DNA of 64,000 bases from Octopus sinensis. Lineage: Eukaryota. The translations under genes and the position numbers were made by a program. Location: assembly GCF_006345805.1 (NCBI RefSeq), contig NC_042998.1:128216001-128280000 (forward strand), written 5' to 3'. Of this stretch, positions 39,599-52,371 are shown one piece after another (within the stretch, counting starts at the first letter, position 1; each line of letters opens with the position of its first letter). The notes under the pieces are model-generated. The model made no database searches, was not told the origin of the DNA, and saw nothing but the letters and a program-made list of their open reading frames with translations.

Positions 39599-39809
39599 AT
39601 AGGAAAAGGAAAGATCCAAGGAAGGGAAGACGGAGGGAAAAATCGCCAACGGTACACACGCGGTATATATATATATTTATATATACATATATATATTTAT
39701 ATATATATTTATTTATATATATATATATATATTTATATAGAGAGAGAGGGGGAGAGAGAGAGGGAGAGAGAAATGGAGAGAGAGAGAGGGAGAGAGAAAG
39801 GGAGAGAGA

Positions 39810-39857
<48 letters not shown>

Positions 39858-39944
39858 TGGTACAACAAGGAACCAATGTTTACTGGAAATAGCAGTCGAT
39901 AAATTTACGACGCTATAGTAAAGCTTCACTGTATATATACTGGC

Positions 39945-40265
39945 ATCATCATCATCATTGTTCGACCGTGGTCGAAACAATCGAATTTACCATGCTACGC
40001 CAGACTTCACGGTCCATCATGGCATTACGGAGGTCCTGTTGCTGGATGCCTGTATCCCTGGAGATTACATCAGGGTAGGAGTGTGTGCACCCTCTGGTAT
40101 TGCGTGTAGATGGCTTCCAGAGGAGAAGAGGAGAAATTACCTCTTTTTCAGCTCTACAACAACGTCCAGCAAACTGGACTCTCTTACCTTTCACAAGAGA
40201 TGACACAGGTGGTAGTTTCCCATATATTTGCATTTTGGTTGGATGGCGCTTCCACGAGAGATTTT
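39945..40265 (-). mobile_element. RTE-clade LINE 3' fragment
   Basis: QNLSWKRHPTKMQIYGKLPPVSSLVKGKRVQFAGRCCRAEKEVISPLLLWKP...YPDVISRDTG...LRNAMMDREVW, followed by a (TGA)n tail. Confidence 0.8.
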
Positions 40266-40360
40266 GATATACTGGCAAAGACGTGTGAGGGCAGCGAACA
40301 TAACAAATTTCTTCTTACCTCTAGGAAGAACATTAGATAAATGGACAACCCAGAATCGGA

Positions 40361-40437
40361 AAATCTAGTGCTGGGGTTTCGGATTCTTCAAATACGCTTG
40401 TTATCGTAAATTTGATTAGTCTTCTTCAGCTAGATTT
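40361..40437 (-). ncRNA. Degenerate hammerhead motif (probably inactive)
   Basis: Perfect 8 bp stem I aaatctag/ctagattt; CTGAAGA; partly paired 12-13 bp stem II; GAAA; helix III and cleavage triplet damaged (CCCCAGCA). Confidence 0.5.
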
Positions 40438-40536
40438 ACCTGGACAACATTTCAATTGTTTCTATATCAATGCCAGTATACTTGCCTGAACGCCTAGTCA
40501 TTAACAGAACCAAGAACATACATATACATATATAGA

Positions 40537-40617
<81 letters not shown>

Positions 40618-40803
40618 TATATATATACATATATAGAGTGTATATATATATATATATTTATAGACACATATTTATATTTATATTTATATATACTTATTTA
40701 TATTTGTATATACATATATATATATATATATTCATATATACCTACATATATGTATATACATGTATATACATGTAGATATATATATATGTATATATATATA
40801 TAT

Positions 40804-40887
<84 letters not shown>

Positions 40888-41681
40888 GTATGTATATATT
40901 TCGTTTTGGGATTTGGTTTGCAAGATTCTTTATATGAGTTCGTGTGTTGAAGCATATTCAGTTGTCTCTTTTAGTGCCTTATTATTTAACACACTCACCG
41001 GTAAAATTTCCACTTATTTCTTATTGTTATTTTCTAAAATTTTCGTTGCGTCTTGCAACCTTTTCAATAGTCTTGACTCTGTCCGTTATTTACACTGCGT
41101 TCCCTTTTGTTAGTTTGTGTGCATGTGTGTGTGTGTACCTATACATGCATACATGTACGTATGTATGTGTGTTTGCATGTGTATGCATGTATGTATGTGT
41201 GTGAATTTGTATGTACGTATCCTGCATATTTAAGTACTTGCCTGTCCGTGTTTGTGTATTTTCTATGTATGTATGTGTGTGTGTGAGCATGTGTTTGTAT
41301 ATGTATGCATCTCTGTCTCCTTGTGTGTGCATATCTGTGTGTGTGTTATGTAACTATGTACCATGTTTGTATGTATGGATGTGCATCTTTATATATGTGG
41401 ATCCGTGTCTCCATATGTGTCTGTTCTTGTAACCTAACCTATGTACCTATCCGTCTGTATGTCGATCTGTTTTTTTACATATCTAAATGTTTACATATAG
41501 AAAAGAAAAGATATATATATATAAAATATAACAAAAACAAAAAAAAACAAAAAATGATAATGATTTTAAAAAAGGCATACACACACTCTCACACCCACAT
41601 ACATACATACATTTATCTACCTAACAGTCCACTAACTATTCTACTCTACCTGTGTAAACTGTGGGTATGGAGGTATGGTGT

Positions 41682-43845
41682 TTATTGTGTATATTTCCAA
41701 TTTAATATTGGGGAAGTTTCATTTATAAGGACGTACTCCCGTATTTGTCTGAGTGTTGGGTCTTTTGGGTGCTTGGATAAGATGCGGATGTCAAGTTGAC
41801 CCAAGTTACCTCCATGGTGGTCTTTGGCATGTTGGTAGAGTATGGAGGACTGTTTTCTGTCGTCATATTGTCTTAGATGTTCATTTATCCGTTCCGCAAT
41901 GCTCCTAGACGACTCATCTATGTACATCATGTTCAGGTCCTTACAAGCACCTTTTATGCATCCTATGCTGTAAACTACATTTCGAGTTCTACAGTTAATA
42001 CCAGGGCTAATTCTACATACCATGCAGTTATCATTGGTGCATATGGTATTCTTAAACGGGTACATCCTACATAGTTGTGATCTGACGGAGTTCCCTGGCT
42101 TTTCAACAATTTTTAATGTTGAGTTTGGTCTCCTTCAGAGCTTTTCTAAATCTACGGGCTTGTTCTCCATGGGCTGTGGCCTCTACAAACATCACTCCTT
42201 GATATTTGTCGGTTTTATACCACGTGTTCGCCCTGTTTTCTTTGTCACAAGCTCTTTGTATTCTATTCCATTCTTTGTTTCTATACCTAGGGCAGGTACC
42301 ACTGGTATCATTACGTATAATATTATCTAATTTCTTTCTAGCCCCCCTGTATACACGAACTTTATCTTTCTGATCATATCCAAAGAACTGCATGTGGTGT
42401 ATGAAGTTCTGTATATGTTTCTTCATTTCTCAGGGTTCGCATAGTGGGGACACAGTGTTCATTATTCTAACTAGGTCTGCTATTAGTATGTGACAAAGCT
42501 GAGTTCTTGTGAACAACATATTTTGAAGTTACAGGTTTCATGTAATAAGAGTGGAAGAGCTGCACTCTATTGTTCAAAGTCTCTAACCAAAGTTCAGTAT
42601 CAAGTACAGGGAGTCTATGTTAGGGTTCTTAGTGGGGTAATCTATAGTTACCTTGATACTTTGGTGAATGGAGTTAGCTATTTGCTGGATGCTCTCCATT
42701 ACGCTCTTCTCAGTCTCTACATTACCGTCACTAGTGTTGGTTCTAACTATTATATTAATGTCATCTACATATCTACTGTAGAGTAGAGGAGTTGTGGACT
42801 GTTCTGCTAACATTTGTTTAAATTTTCTGTCCCACCATGTCATGAAGAGGCCAGCCACATCTCCAGCTATACCTACACCAATGGCTGCACCTTGAACCTG
42901 CATGTATAGTTTTTTATTAAACTTTACTATGTGGTTTTTCAAGGTGGTTTTTACGCTGGTCCCTATTGCATATGCAATCATTTCCCTCACCTGATTGTTG
43001 TTCTCAGGGTTTGGGGTGGGTGCGGTCCAGCCACTCCAGCGCTCTGTGGTGCTTTTCTTCACGGATGAAGTGATGGTGGGTGGTCTACCTCTCTGTGAAC
43101 TGGTGGGGCAGAATTTACTAAGGTCATGGTCATCTAAATAGTCTTTGTCATAGCATAGTCTGAGGAGGAGGCCCAGTTCCCTGGTGTTGACCTTACGGAA
43201 TTCCACTTCACTCTCACAGATTGCTTGAATGCATTTCTCCACAGCGAAATCTATGTCTATAGATGGGTAGAGTGAAATTATATCCATACTACCCACTATA
43301 CAACCCGTGAGGTCGTTGGTGTGGTTGCAAGTACTGATTTTACTGAGATCTTCCGTATTCATACAGACAACCGGAGGCATCTCTATGAGAGGTCGCAATA
43401 CTTGTGAGAGGAAGTAGGACAGTCTATAGTTGCTGGAGATGTTCGCTCCGCAAACTGGTCTGGTTGGGGGCCCTGCGACAGGGTTTATGTATTGTTTGTG
43501 GTCTTTGCGTAACTTGTATAGTGTAGGAACATCATTGTTGGATGCCTGGAAATTGTATGCCGTCCTTTTTGTAGGTTGGAGTATGTTGCACCACATTCTC
43601 ATGTGTGCATTGAGGAGTTTTTCTACAGCAAATCCACTAAAAAACATAGTGAGGAGGGGTCCCACCAACTCAGCTCATTTGTTGACAAAGGCCTACAAAA
43701 ACTAAAACAGCGAATTAGGAACAAAGAATTTGTGTGCCTCCCTACAGACAAGTCTGGCAGACTATCAGTAGATAGCCCACAGAACTATGTCCAGACCATG
43801 CAACAACATATCAGTAGCATAAGAGAAGTTGCACAACAAGAACGT
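41682..43845 (-). mobile_element. Penelope-like element (RT + C-terminal GIY-YIG), frameshifted, with inverted 5' piece
   Basis: RT motifs PTLYKLRKDHK, RPVCGA, GSMDIISLYPSID, QVQGAAIG, YSRYVDDI (42583-43629). GIY-YIG: CTNDNCMVC..CRTRNVVYSIGC..YIDESSRSIAERINEH (41682-42100). The N-terminal PTDKSG segment lies on the opposite strand (43630-43845). Confidence 0.9.
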
Positions 43846-44399
43846 GTATATATATATACACATCAGTAGAGTTATGGAGAGACCATGTAATAGCGTTAGA
43901 AGATTTCTATGTTTAAAATCATTTTTTAAACTGGGTGTTGCCTACTGAACAGAGAAATGTATTGTGTACATGGTAGATTATTAAACGTTTGACACTTGGA
44001 GTTGTTGAACTTGTATTTTGAACTGGAGTTTTTTTTTTAATATTCTGGCCTTTAACATCGAGAAACACTTGTATTACTGTATAACTGTGTAGGAAGTTAA
44101 TTTGGTAAGTAAATAGGCTACTATGTAAGTAAGTGCTTATGAAGTTTTGTGTGTTTGTATATGCATGCACAGATGCGCACACGTACACACAAACACACAC
44201 ACACACACACAAATATATATGCGGTGGGGGGAGATGAGTGTGCATATATGTAGGTGTGCGTATGTATGTGTTTTTGCGTATGCATATGTGTGTATAATGG
44301 TATAAGTATACATTCGACTGCAAATATAAACGTATATATTTAAGTCACTGATGTGTATAAAGGTAACTTGGTGCATGGGTGGGCAGATAAAAGATAAGG

Positions 44400-44954
44400 T
44401 AGTTGGCTGGTTTGTTGGTTGGTCGGTCGGTCGGTCGGTTGGTTGGTTGGTAGGTAGGTAGATAGGTAGGTAGGTTTGTAGGTAGGTAGGTTTGTAGGTA
44501 GGTAGGTAGGTAGGTAGGTAGGTTTGTAGGTAGGTAGATTTGTAGGTAGGTAGGTAGGTAGGTAGGTAGGTAGGTAGGTAGATTTGTAGGTAGGTAGGTA
44601 GGTAGGTAGGTAGGTAGGTAGATAGGTAGGTAGGTAGGTAGGTAGGTAGGTAGGTTTGTAGGTAGGTAGATTTGTAGGTAGGTAGGTAGGTAGGTAGGTA
44701 GGTAGATTGTAGGTAGGTAGGTAGGTAGGTAGGTAGGTAGGTAGGTGGGTGGGCAGTAAGGCAGGCAGTTTGGTAGGTAGGCTGGTAGACAGACACAGAC
44801 AGACAGTCAGACAGACAGACAGTCAGACAGGCAAACAGACAGGCAAGTAGACAGACAGACAGACAGGCAAACAGACAGGCAAGTATACAGACAGACAGAC
44901 AAGTAGACAGACAGACAGACAGGTAGGCAGACAGACAGACAGACAGATAGATAA

Positions 44955-45029
<75 letters not shown>

Positions 45030-45058
45030 TAGATAGATAGATAGATAGATAGATAGAT

Positions 45059-45103
<45 letters not shown>

Positions 45104-45170
45104 TGGGACATACATACATACATACATACATACATACATACATACATACATACATACATACATACATACA
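44400..45170. repeat. Compound tetranucleotide array GGTT/GGTC-GGTA-GGCA/GACA-GATA-CATA
   Basis: Directly visible; source of the spurious 349 aa ORF 44137-45186. Confidence 0.95.
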
Positions 45171-45799
45171 AATAGAATGCAAACAAAATAATACAGAGGC
45201 AGAGTAATCTTGGTGGACAGTTTGATTGTTAGAAAGCAGAGCGTCGCTTTAAGATTGGCAAACACGTGTTTCTGAATTCGATGTCACTGCGTAACACCTT
45301 CAGCATAAGTGTCTTCTACCATAACCTTGGGACATGATAGAGGAAAATTATTTAGCAATTTATGTTTATATTCTCTTTCACTTCCTTCCCATTCTTGAAT
45401 CTTTTGGTTGTTCCTTTCTCAATTATTTCACATGTCCCACAACGAGGATCTTCACACTTTGTTACTTGTATCATTTCTTATCTCCGATGTGAATCTTGCC
45501 CTTGTTTGAGGTCTTTTGAAATTTGATGGTTGTCTTTGGCTGTTTATGATTTGTTATTTTTTAATTATTTGTCAGAGATTTGATGAGGTATCGTTGGCGG
45601 AAATAGCTAACACTATTACAAAAGACAACTTCCACTTTATGCATTAACCTAGAACATGTTCTTGAAAAATTACACACAAAATGCACACTATTTACGAACT
45701 TCTTCCACAAAGGTTAGTGACATTCTGTTAAAGAATTTCTACCAAATAAAAATATTTCCACCAAATCTATTCGTCAAAATGACTTCACGATTCTACACT

Positions 45800-46700
45800 T
45801 GCTACACAACCACGATCTACAACCGTGCAATTTTTATATTTTTACTGAGCTCGAAAGAAGTTCAAAGGGACATTGTCGGGAAAGCGTTGCAAAACGTAAA
45901 GAAGCATCTGAAGACGTTTTTCCATCTGCATTTTATTGCTGTGTATAGATCGAGAATGTATAATTAACAACGGAAAAATATAAAAATTTCAAGATTGTCG
46001 CTGTATAGCAAGTGTAGAATTGTGAAAGCATTTTGACCAATATATTTGATGGAAATACTATTTCTAACAGATGATGCATTGTTGTGGTAAAACAAAGGTC
46101 TGCGTGATAATTTTCCTCGGCTTATCAGTTGAATGCTGTCCTTAAATTGTTAATTATTGTCCTATTGCATTGCCAAGTCATAGTTTTACCAGCATTAAGA
46201 TATTCAAGATAAAAATCTCATTTAGGATAGTAGAAAAATATCTCATCACCTTGGTGAAAACTAACTATGTCATCTTTGGTTTCATGGGAATAGAGATGCT
46301 TTTAACTTTCCATTTTATTGACTGTTCACTGTTTGCCTAATTACGCCTATGACGCCATGTTTCATCACCAGTAATAATTCTTGAGTAAAATGTGTACGGT
46401 TCACTGTTAAAATCGTAAAAGAAGCTGATGCAAATTTCAAATCTGTTTTGTCAATACACTAGTATTTAGCTTACTCAAATATTTATGAATTATTTACTCA
46501 ACAAAACATTCGCTTAAATATAACTTAAATGCGATGTTTGTAGTTGTCGGGTTTTGCGAAACTGGATGACATCCATTTCGATTTCCATCGTACACTGATT
46601 CTTAACCGTCTCTGAAGCGTTTCTTCATTTCTAAATAGTTCAAGGAGCCATTGCATCAATACGATAATCACTCAGCAACTCAGAAAAGTTTCTACTACTA
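45800..46700 (-). mobile_element. Old mariner transposase remnant
   Basis: Minus strand reads RIITGDETW, EYLNAGKTMT and GKLSRRPLFYHNNA across frameshifts. Confidence 0.6.
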
Positions 46701-49199
46701 ACTTAATCAAAACATTAGACTACGATTACGACTCAGTTATCGTTGTATGAGTAGGATGTATAACGTTTAAGCAATGTATGTAGCTTAATACATTTTGCCT
46801 TATGTAATTACATTTAAGATTATCTTCATACCTTGTATCTTACATTTCTTGTGCCTTTGAACATTGTACTGAAATTGATGTTTTGCAATTATGTCACGGA
46901 ACTTTTTGTGGCACAGACATTTTGGGCACAGCCTTATACACACACACAAACAAACAAACAATATATACATGTATATGCACGTATGGATTCACATATATTT
47001 ACACATACAGTTACATAAATATATGGAGAGAAAGAAAGAAAAAGAAAAACGTGTGTGTGTGTTTATAGAAAGGCTTCCAAATTCAGACTGAATATCAACT
47101 GCATCGAGATAACACTAGTCTGGTAAAGGCTTGCACTGGTCATACGCGAAACGCTTATCTCTTGATTAAAGTAGCAAAAACATTATTCCAAATCATGAGA
47201 AACACCAACAAAATATTTGTCAATTTTTGACGTTCATTATTTGGAAAATGCTTCCTTTTCTTTGACTCTCCACAGAAGTAAGTAGAAGAAATATCTAATA
47301 CATTTAATGCAATTAATACCCTTAATTGTATTAAGTTTAATAACAGGATTGATGCGTATTAGAACATCGGATTTGTATTAATTTACTTAATACAATTCTG
47401 TATACTGAATTCACAGACATTCACAGACATTCTTCGGATTTCCAGAAAAATCTTAATGTAATGTTTTCAAATTTTCAATGACTTACATTTAGAATTCTGC
47501 TTTCTTTAAAAGTTTATTACAAAAAAAATGTTGTGTACATGATATAAAGAAGCCTGAGCTGAGTGCATAAAGCTTCCCAAAGCATAATTCTTCCAAAAAA
47601 TGCAAAAAAGAAACCTCTATTGAATTAAACTGTTGTGTGAGGCTTTATTGAAATGAAAAAAAGCCAGACATGTAATATTGAATTTCACCTCATTAAATCC
47701 CAGTATTTGCAAAAGATTTTGCTGTATTTCTTTTATAAATATATTCCTTTGTTACGAACTTATAAACTCTTTTTAGTAGTTGCAGGACTTTAGCGTGTGT
47801 TTTTATGCATAGCGCAATTGTATGTTTGTGTGAGCGTGCGTGTCTTTATGTATGCATGAGTGTATGGGTGTCAGTCTATGTGTTTTAGGGAACTGTATTA
47901 AACAAATAAGTAGCATATATTTATATGTGTATGAGTATATATGTACATGTGTGTGAGTGTGTGTATGAGTTTCTATGTGTATAATATTTGTATGTCTGAG
48001 TATGTATTTATATGTTTCAATGACTAGCAGTCAAATATACAGCTATGATCGTGTCATTGTGAAAACATCTATGAATGCAGGTATGTATGTATTTATTCAA
48101 TAAAGTAACAATAGCTTCAACGTTTACGACTACAATCATGATGGTGATGACCGCGGCAATAACAAACAAATATAAAAAACTTTTCCATTATGTGCTCGTC
48201 TGTGTAAACCTGCAACAAAATATTCTCTGTCATCGTGCAGACAATCTATAAACCACTTTAAACTCTCTATTCAATTTCATACCATTTACTCTATGTATAT
48301 ATTTACATAACAGTATTAGACCACTTCTAAAGTCGATGTAGTGGCAGAAATTCGAAAGAAATCTCGTATTTAGTTACCTCATTCTACATCCGAAGTTCAA
48401 ATTCCACCTTTGTCGATAAGCTATGATAAAATATGTCAAGTTATTTGAGCGATCGATTTTATCTATCACGTCTTTTTCAAAGAATCTGTAATTTCTGTCA
48501 ATGCCAGAAAAATATTTCAATGGCAGAATAGATTGAGCTGCCAGCAAAGTTTTTATTCAGTTATACTGTTTGGGGTTCTGAGTTCAATTCTCGCAGAGTA
48601 ACGTTTACTTACATCCTTCTTTTGTTGTTAAACGTGAACTGATCTAATCGTGGATAATTCTAGCGAATCCAAAACATTGATGTTAGCAGGAACTGCAGAG
48701 TGCCAAAACAAATACCTTATTAACTATTTTTGCTACTCATCTTTCCGAGTTCATATTTCACAAGCTGAACACTGCCTTATATCCTTTGAGGGTCAGTACA
48801 ATAATTTTCAATCAATAGAGTCAATTATAATTGATTGAATATTTCCACATAATTGTATGACTATATGTCAGTAATAATATTACTAACAATCGTTTCTAAT
48901 TGTATTTAGAGAGCAGAGGCGACTCGATAAAACTGATCCCGATCACTCGACTGCTTTTTTATATTTCATCTTCCCAGGGGAGAATGAAAGAGAACGATAA
49001 TCTCAGTAGGACTTGAATTTAGAACGGAAAAATAAACAATAAAAATACCACAAGGTATTTTGTCCCATGCTATAATGATCTTGTCAATCTACCAAATATA
49101 GAAAGAAGAAGAAGAAGAAGAAGAAGAAGAAGAAGAAGAAGAAGAAGAAGAAGAAGAAGAACAACAACAACAACAACGTCATCATAGGCTAACAAAGTG

Positions 49200-49430
49200 G
49201 GCACAAAAATGAAAGAAAAGAATTGAGAAATATAAGGACCTAGCGAAAGAGATGAAGACAACAATTATTCCTGTGGCAATTGGTGCACTTGGCACAACAT
49301 CCAAACTCCTACCTAAGAGGCTGAAGGACAATTGAATTGAGACGCACACTATTGACCGGCAGAAAAGAGCTCTCCTGCGTTCTGCATGAATCCTAAGAAA
49401 GATTCTAGGGAGATTCTTCAAGACAACAAC
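49200..49430 (+). mobile_element. R4/Dong-type LINE extreme 3' fragment
   Basis: KRIEKYKDLAKEMKTTIIPVAIGALGTTSKLLPKRLKD..QKRALLRSA*ILRKIL; preceded by (GAA)n(CAA)n at 49102-49177. Confidence 0.65.
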
Positions 49431-49696
49431 CCTGCTAACTAATATAGCTTAGAATAATGATAATAATGATTTCAAATTTAGTACAAGGCCAGCAATTTGG
49501 AAGGAGGGGAAAATTCGATTACATCAACCCCAGTGCTCAACTGATATTTATTTTATCGACCTCGGGAGGATGAAAGGTAAAAATCGACCTCGGGGGAATT
49601 TGAACTCGGAAGAAATGCCACTAAACAGTTTGTCCATCGCGGAAACGATCCTGCCAGTTCGTCGCCTTATATAAATACAACAATAATAGCAATAAT

Positions 49697-49876
49697 TCGT
49701 GATGTATATTTGCCATTTAAATATGGCTAACCCCTAAGGGTGGATGCTACGGTAGTTTGTAGCCCCTGGAGGACACCTCCTCCAGCTGGCTTTAGACACA
49801 CTTCCTGGGGCTACAAACTACAGTAGCATCCACCCTTAGGGGTTAGCCATATTTAAATGGCAAATATACGTCACGA
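49697..49876. mobile_element. MITE/foldback with ~70 bp near-perfect arms
   Basis: tcgtgatgtatatttgccatttaaatatggctaacccctaagggtggatgctac.gtagtttgtagcccc vs ggggctacaaactacagtagcatccacccttaggggttagccatatttaaatggcaaatatacgtcacga. Confidence 0.9.
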
Positions 49877-50489
49877 TGTTTTGCAGCTACTGTTTATAAC
49901 TCGCTCTAAGATTTATTATAGCAATAATTGTTTCTTTGTTCATCGCGAGGTCTCGAAAGATACAATTAAAAACAATGCATGTTTAACAAAGTAATATAAA
50001 AATGAAGAGAGGAATGATAGACGTTATACATCAATGAAAACGTGTTTCATAGTAGATGGAAAACTCACAAATAATTGCACAGAATAATATAATTGAAAAT
50101 GTATACTAAAACACATTCAATAAATGCATATTAAAATACATAATAAAGCATAAATTTAAGTAACATTCAGTTTTAAAAGAGGGCAACTTGCAACATAGAA
50201 TTAGTATCTGCATTAATTAAGACACTTACATGTTCGAGCAGAATTAAGCAAGCCAGAAAAATTACATCAAACACATGGGGAAATACTTATTTAGTGTTGA
50301 GTCACGTCCTGTTTCTGTAAGCCAAACCTGCTTCTTCAACCAGCTTCGAAAAACAAGGCGTTAGTAATTGCATGCATAATACCTGAGAAGCAGTCTTGGA
50401 TTTGACGCAGTTTCAAACGAACAGAGGTACGAATCTGTTGAAATAAACGAAAAATCCTTTAGACTTTCGAATATAATTAACGCGAAAAA

Positions 50490-50892
50490 GACAGCGAGCT
50501 GACAGAATCGTTAGCACTCCGGGCAAAATGCTTAGCGGTATTTCGTCTGCCGTTACGTTCTGAGTTCAAATTCCGCCGAGGTCGACTTTGTCTTTCATCC
50601 TTTCGGGGTCGATTAAATAAATACCATTTACGCACTGGGGGTCGATATAATCGACTTAATCCGTTTGTCTGTCCTTGTTTGTCCCCTCTGTGTTTAGCCT
50701 CTTGTGGGTAGTAAAGAAATAGGTATTTCGTCCGACTTTATGTTCTGATTTCAAATTCCGCCGAAATCGACTTTGCCTTTCGTCCTTTCAGACTCGATAA
50801 AATAAGTACCAGTTGATCACTGGGTCGATGTAATCGACTTAATACCTACCCCAAAATTGCTGGCCTCGTGCTAAAATTTGAAACCAATATAT
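50490..50892 (+). mobile_element. SINE family A dimer
   Basis: Same tail-to-internal junction ...gggtagtaaagaaatag|gtatttcgtc as at 25940 and 38290. Confidence 0.85.
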
Positions 50893-51143
50893 TTAAGGTA
50901 AAATCATCTCGAGAGAACTTCACTGGGTGACCATGATATTGACACATAGATGTTTGATACAAGATTTAGACATATATTTGTGTTGAACACAGTACATCCC
51001 AACTAATCTTATATCAGACAAAGTTCCACAAATTGCTAAATAAATAGTAATAGTAAGTTATGATATGGTTTGGCATTAGCATATATACACACACACATAC
51101 ACTATACACATACGCACAACTTCGTGTGCGCGCACACACACTT

Positions 51144-51191
<48 letters not shown>

Positions 51192-51563
51192 CACACACAC
51201 ACACACATGCTTATAGACAAATAGATTCAATCCGTCGCTTTGTTTACCACCACTTGGTACCTAGCGTACTTTTAGTGGAATTTGCTCTGTTGCTAATATC
51301 CAAGTGAATGTGAGGTCTCTGCTTGAAGAATACGTTCTTCCCGCCCACCAGACTTTATAAAAGCTTTATAAAGGTTGATGGGCACTGACTTCCCCTCTGA
51401 CATATGTACTTCTTTCTGTGTGCATGCACACACACACACACATACGCACGCATGCACACACACATATACATGCATACATACATACACACACATATATACA
51501 TATGTGTGTGTGTGCGCGCAAGTGTGTGTGTGTCTAGAAGGTTGAAAAGGAACACACGAGTTG

Positions 51564-51683
51564 ATATATATGGAAAAAAGTCAAGGTAGAAAATGTAAAA
51601 ATAAAATGACTGAAACCGGTACTGAAATGTTTTTTATAAAATTATTTTAGCATTTTCTACCTTGACTTTTTTCCATATATATA
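51564..51683. repeat. Short inverted repeat (~30 bp arms)
   Basis: atatatggaaaaaagtcaaggtagaaaatg ... cattttctaccttgacttttttccatatat. Confidence 0.8.
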
Positions 51684-51691
51684 TATATACG

Positions 51692-51723
<32 letters not shown>

Positions 51724-51769
51724 TATATATATATATATATATATATGTGTATATATATATATATATTAT

Positions 51770-51837
<68 letters not shown>

Positions 51838-52371
51838 ATCTTTTCCTTTTGATGGGCAACTCGATTATTTAATTTTCTTTAACTAACAACTTTGAAACTT
51901 CGGATACTGGTAGGATGTGTCATATAGAACATCTTTTACTCTTAGCGTTGTTAAGAAAAGTTTCTATTTTCGAAGTTATTTCGTGTTAACGTTGTCTTAT
52001 TTCGGTAATTTCAGCCAATCAATGACGCTAGAAGGAACAGCTGAAGTCCAAACCACTGATTAGGAATAAAATCTCGAAGGGAATGAAAAATAAAAGCATT
52101 TACCATCTATTTCCTGGACCATGGTTTCTGACTTCTTTTTAGCAAATAAAATAATTTGCCAGGCGAAGTCTTCGTCAACAGGTACGCCAAGATTAAACAT
52201 ATAAGCACGAGGCCAAACCAGCTTGTGCCTCTTGCTTATACATTTTAATTTTTCAAATCCACCGCGCAAGCGCAGTTTTTTGTCGGCAGCAAAAAGTGCT
52301 GGCAATTTCTTCGAACAAAATTTCCAGAAATCATTATACATAATAAAGATTTTACCAGTGTCCTAGGATAA

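Noticed and set aside
42430-42432. In-frame TGA in the PLE (CEP*EMKKH) as possible selenocysteine
   Set aside because: It is not at a cysteine-type position, the zinc-finger Cys codons are ordinary, no SECIS was recognised, and the element has several frameshifts.
44137-45186. 349 aa ORF, plus many YI/CV/THTH/YLSI ORFs in the track
   Set aside because: These are translations of (TA)n, (CA)n, (GATA)n and (CATA)n microsatellites, with no splice context or domain content.
45255-45310. GAAACACGTGT with CTGAAGG on the minus strand
   Set aside because: It is the degenerate tRNA-like head of a SINE B copy, and the spacing does not fit a hammerhead.
52060-52341. ORF containing LRLRGG, the ubiquitin C-terminal motif
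   Set aside because: No ubiquitin-fold sequence precedes it, and the ORF overlaps non-coding repeat A; treated as coincidence unless a profile search finds homologues.
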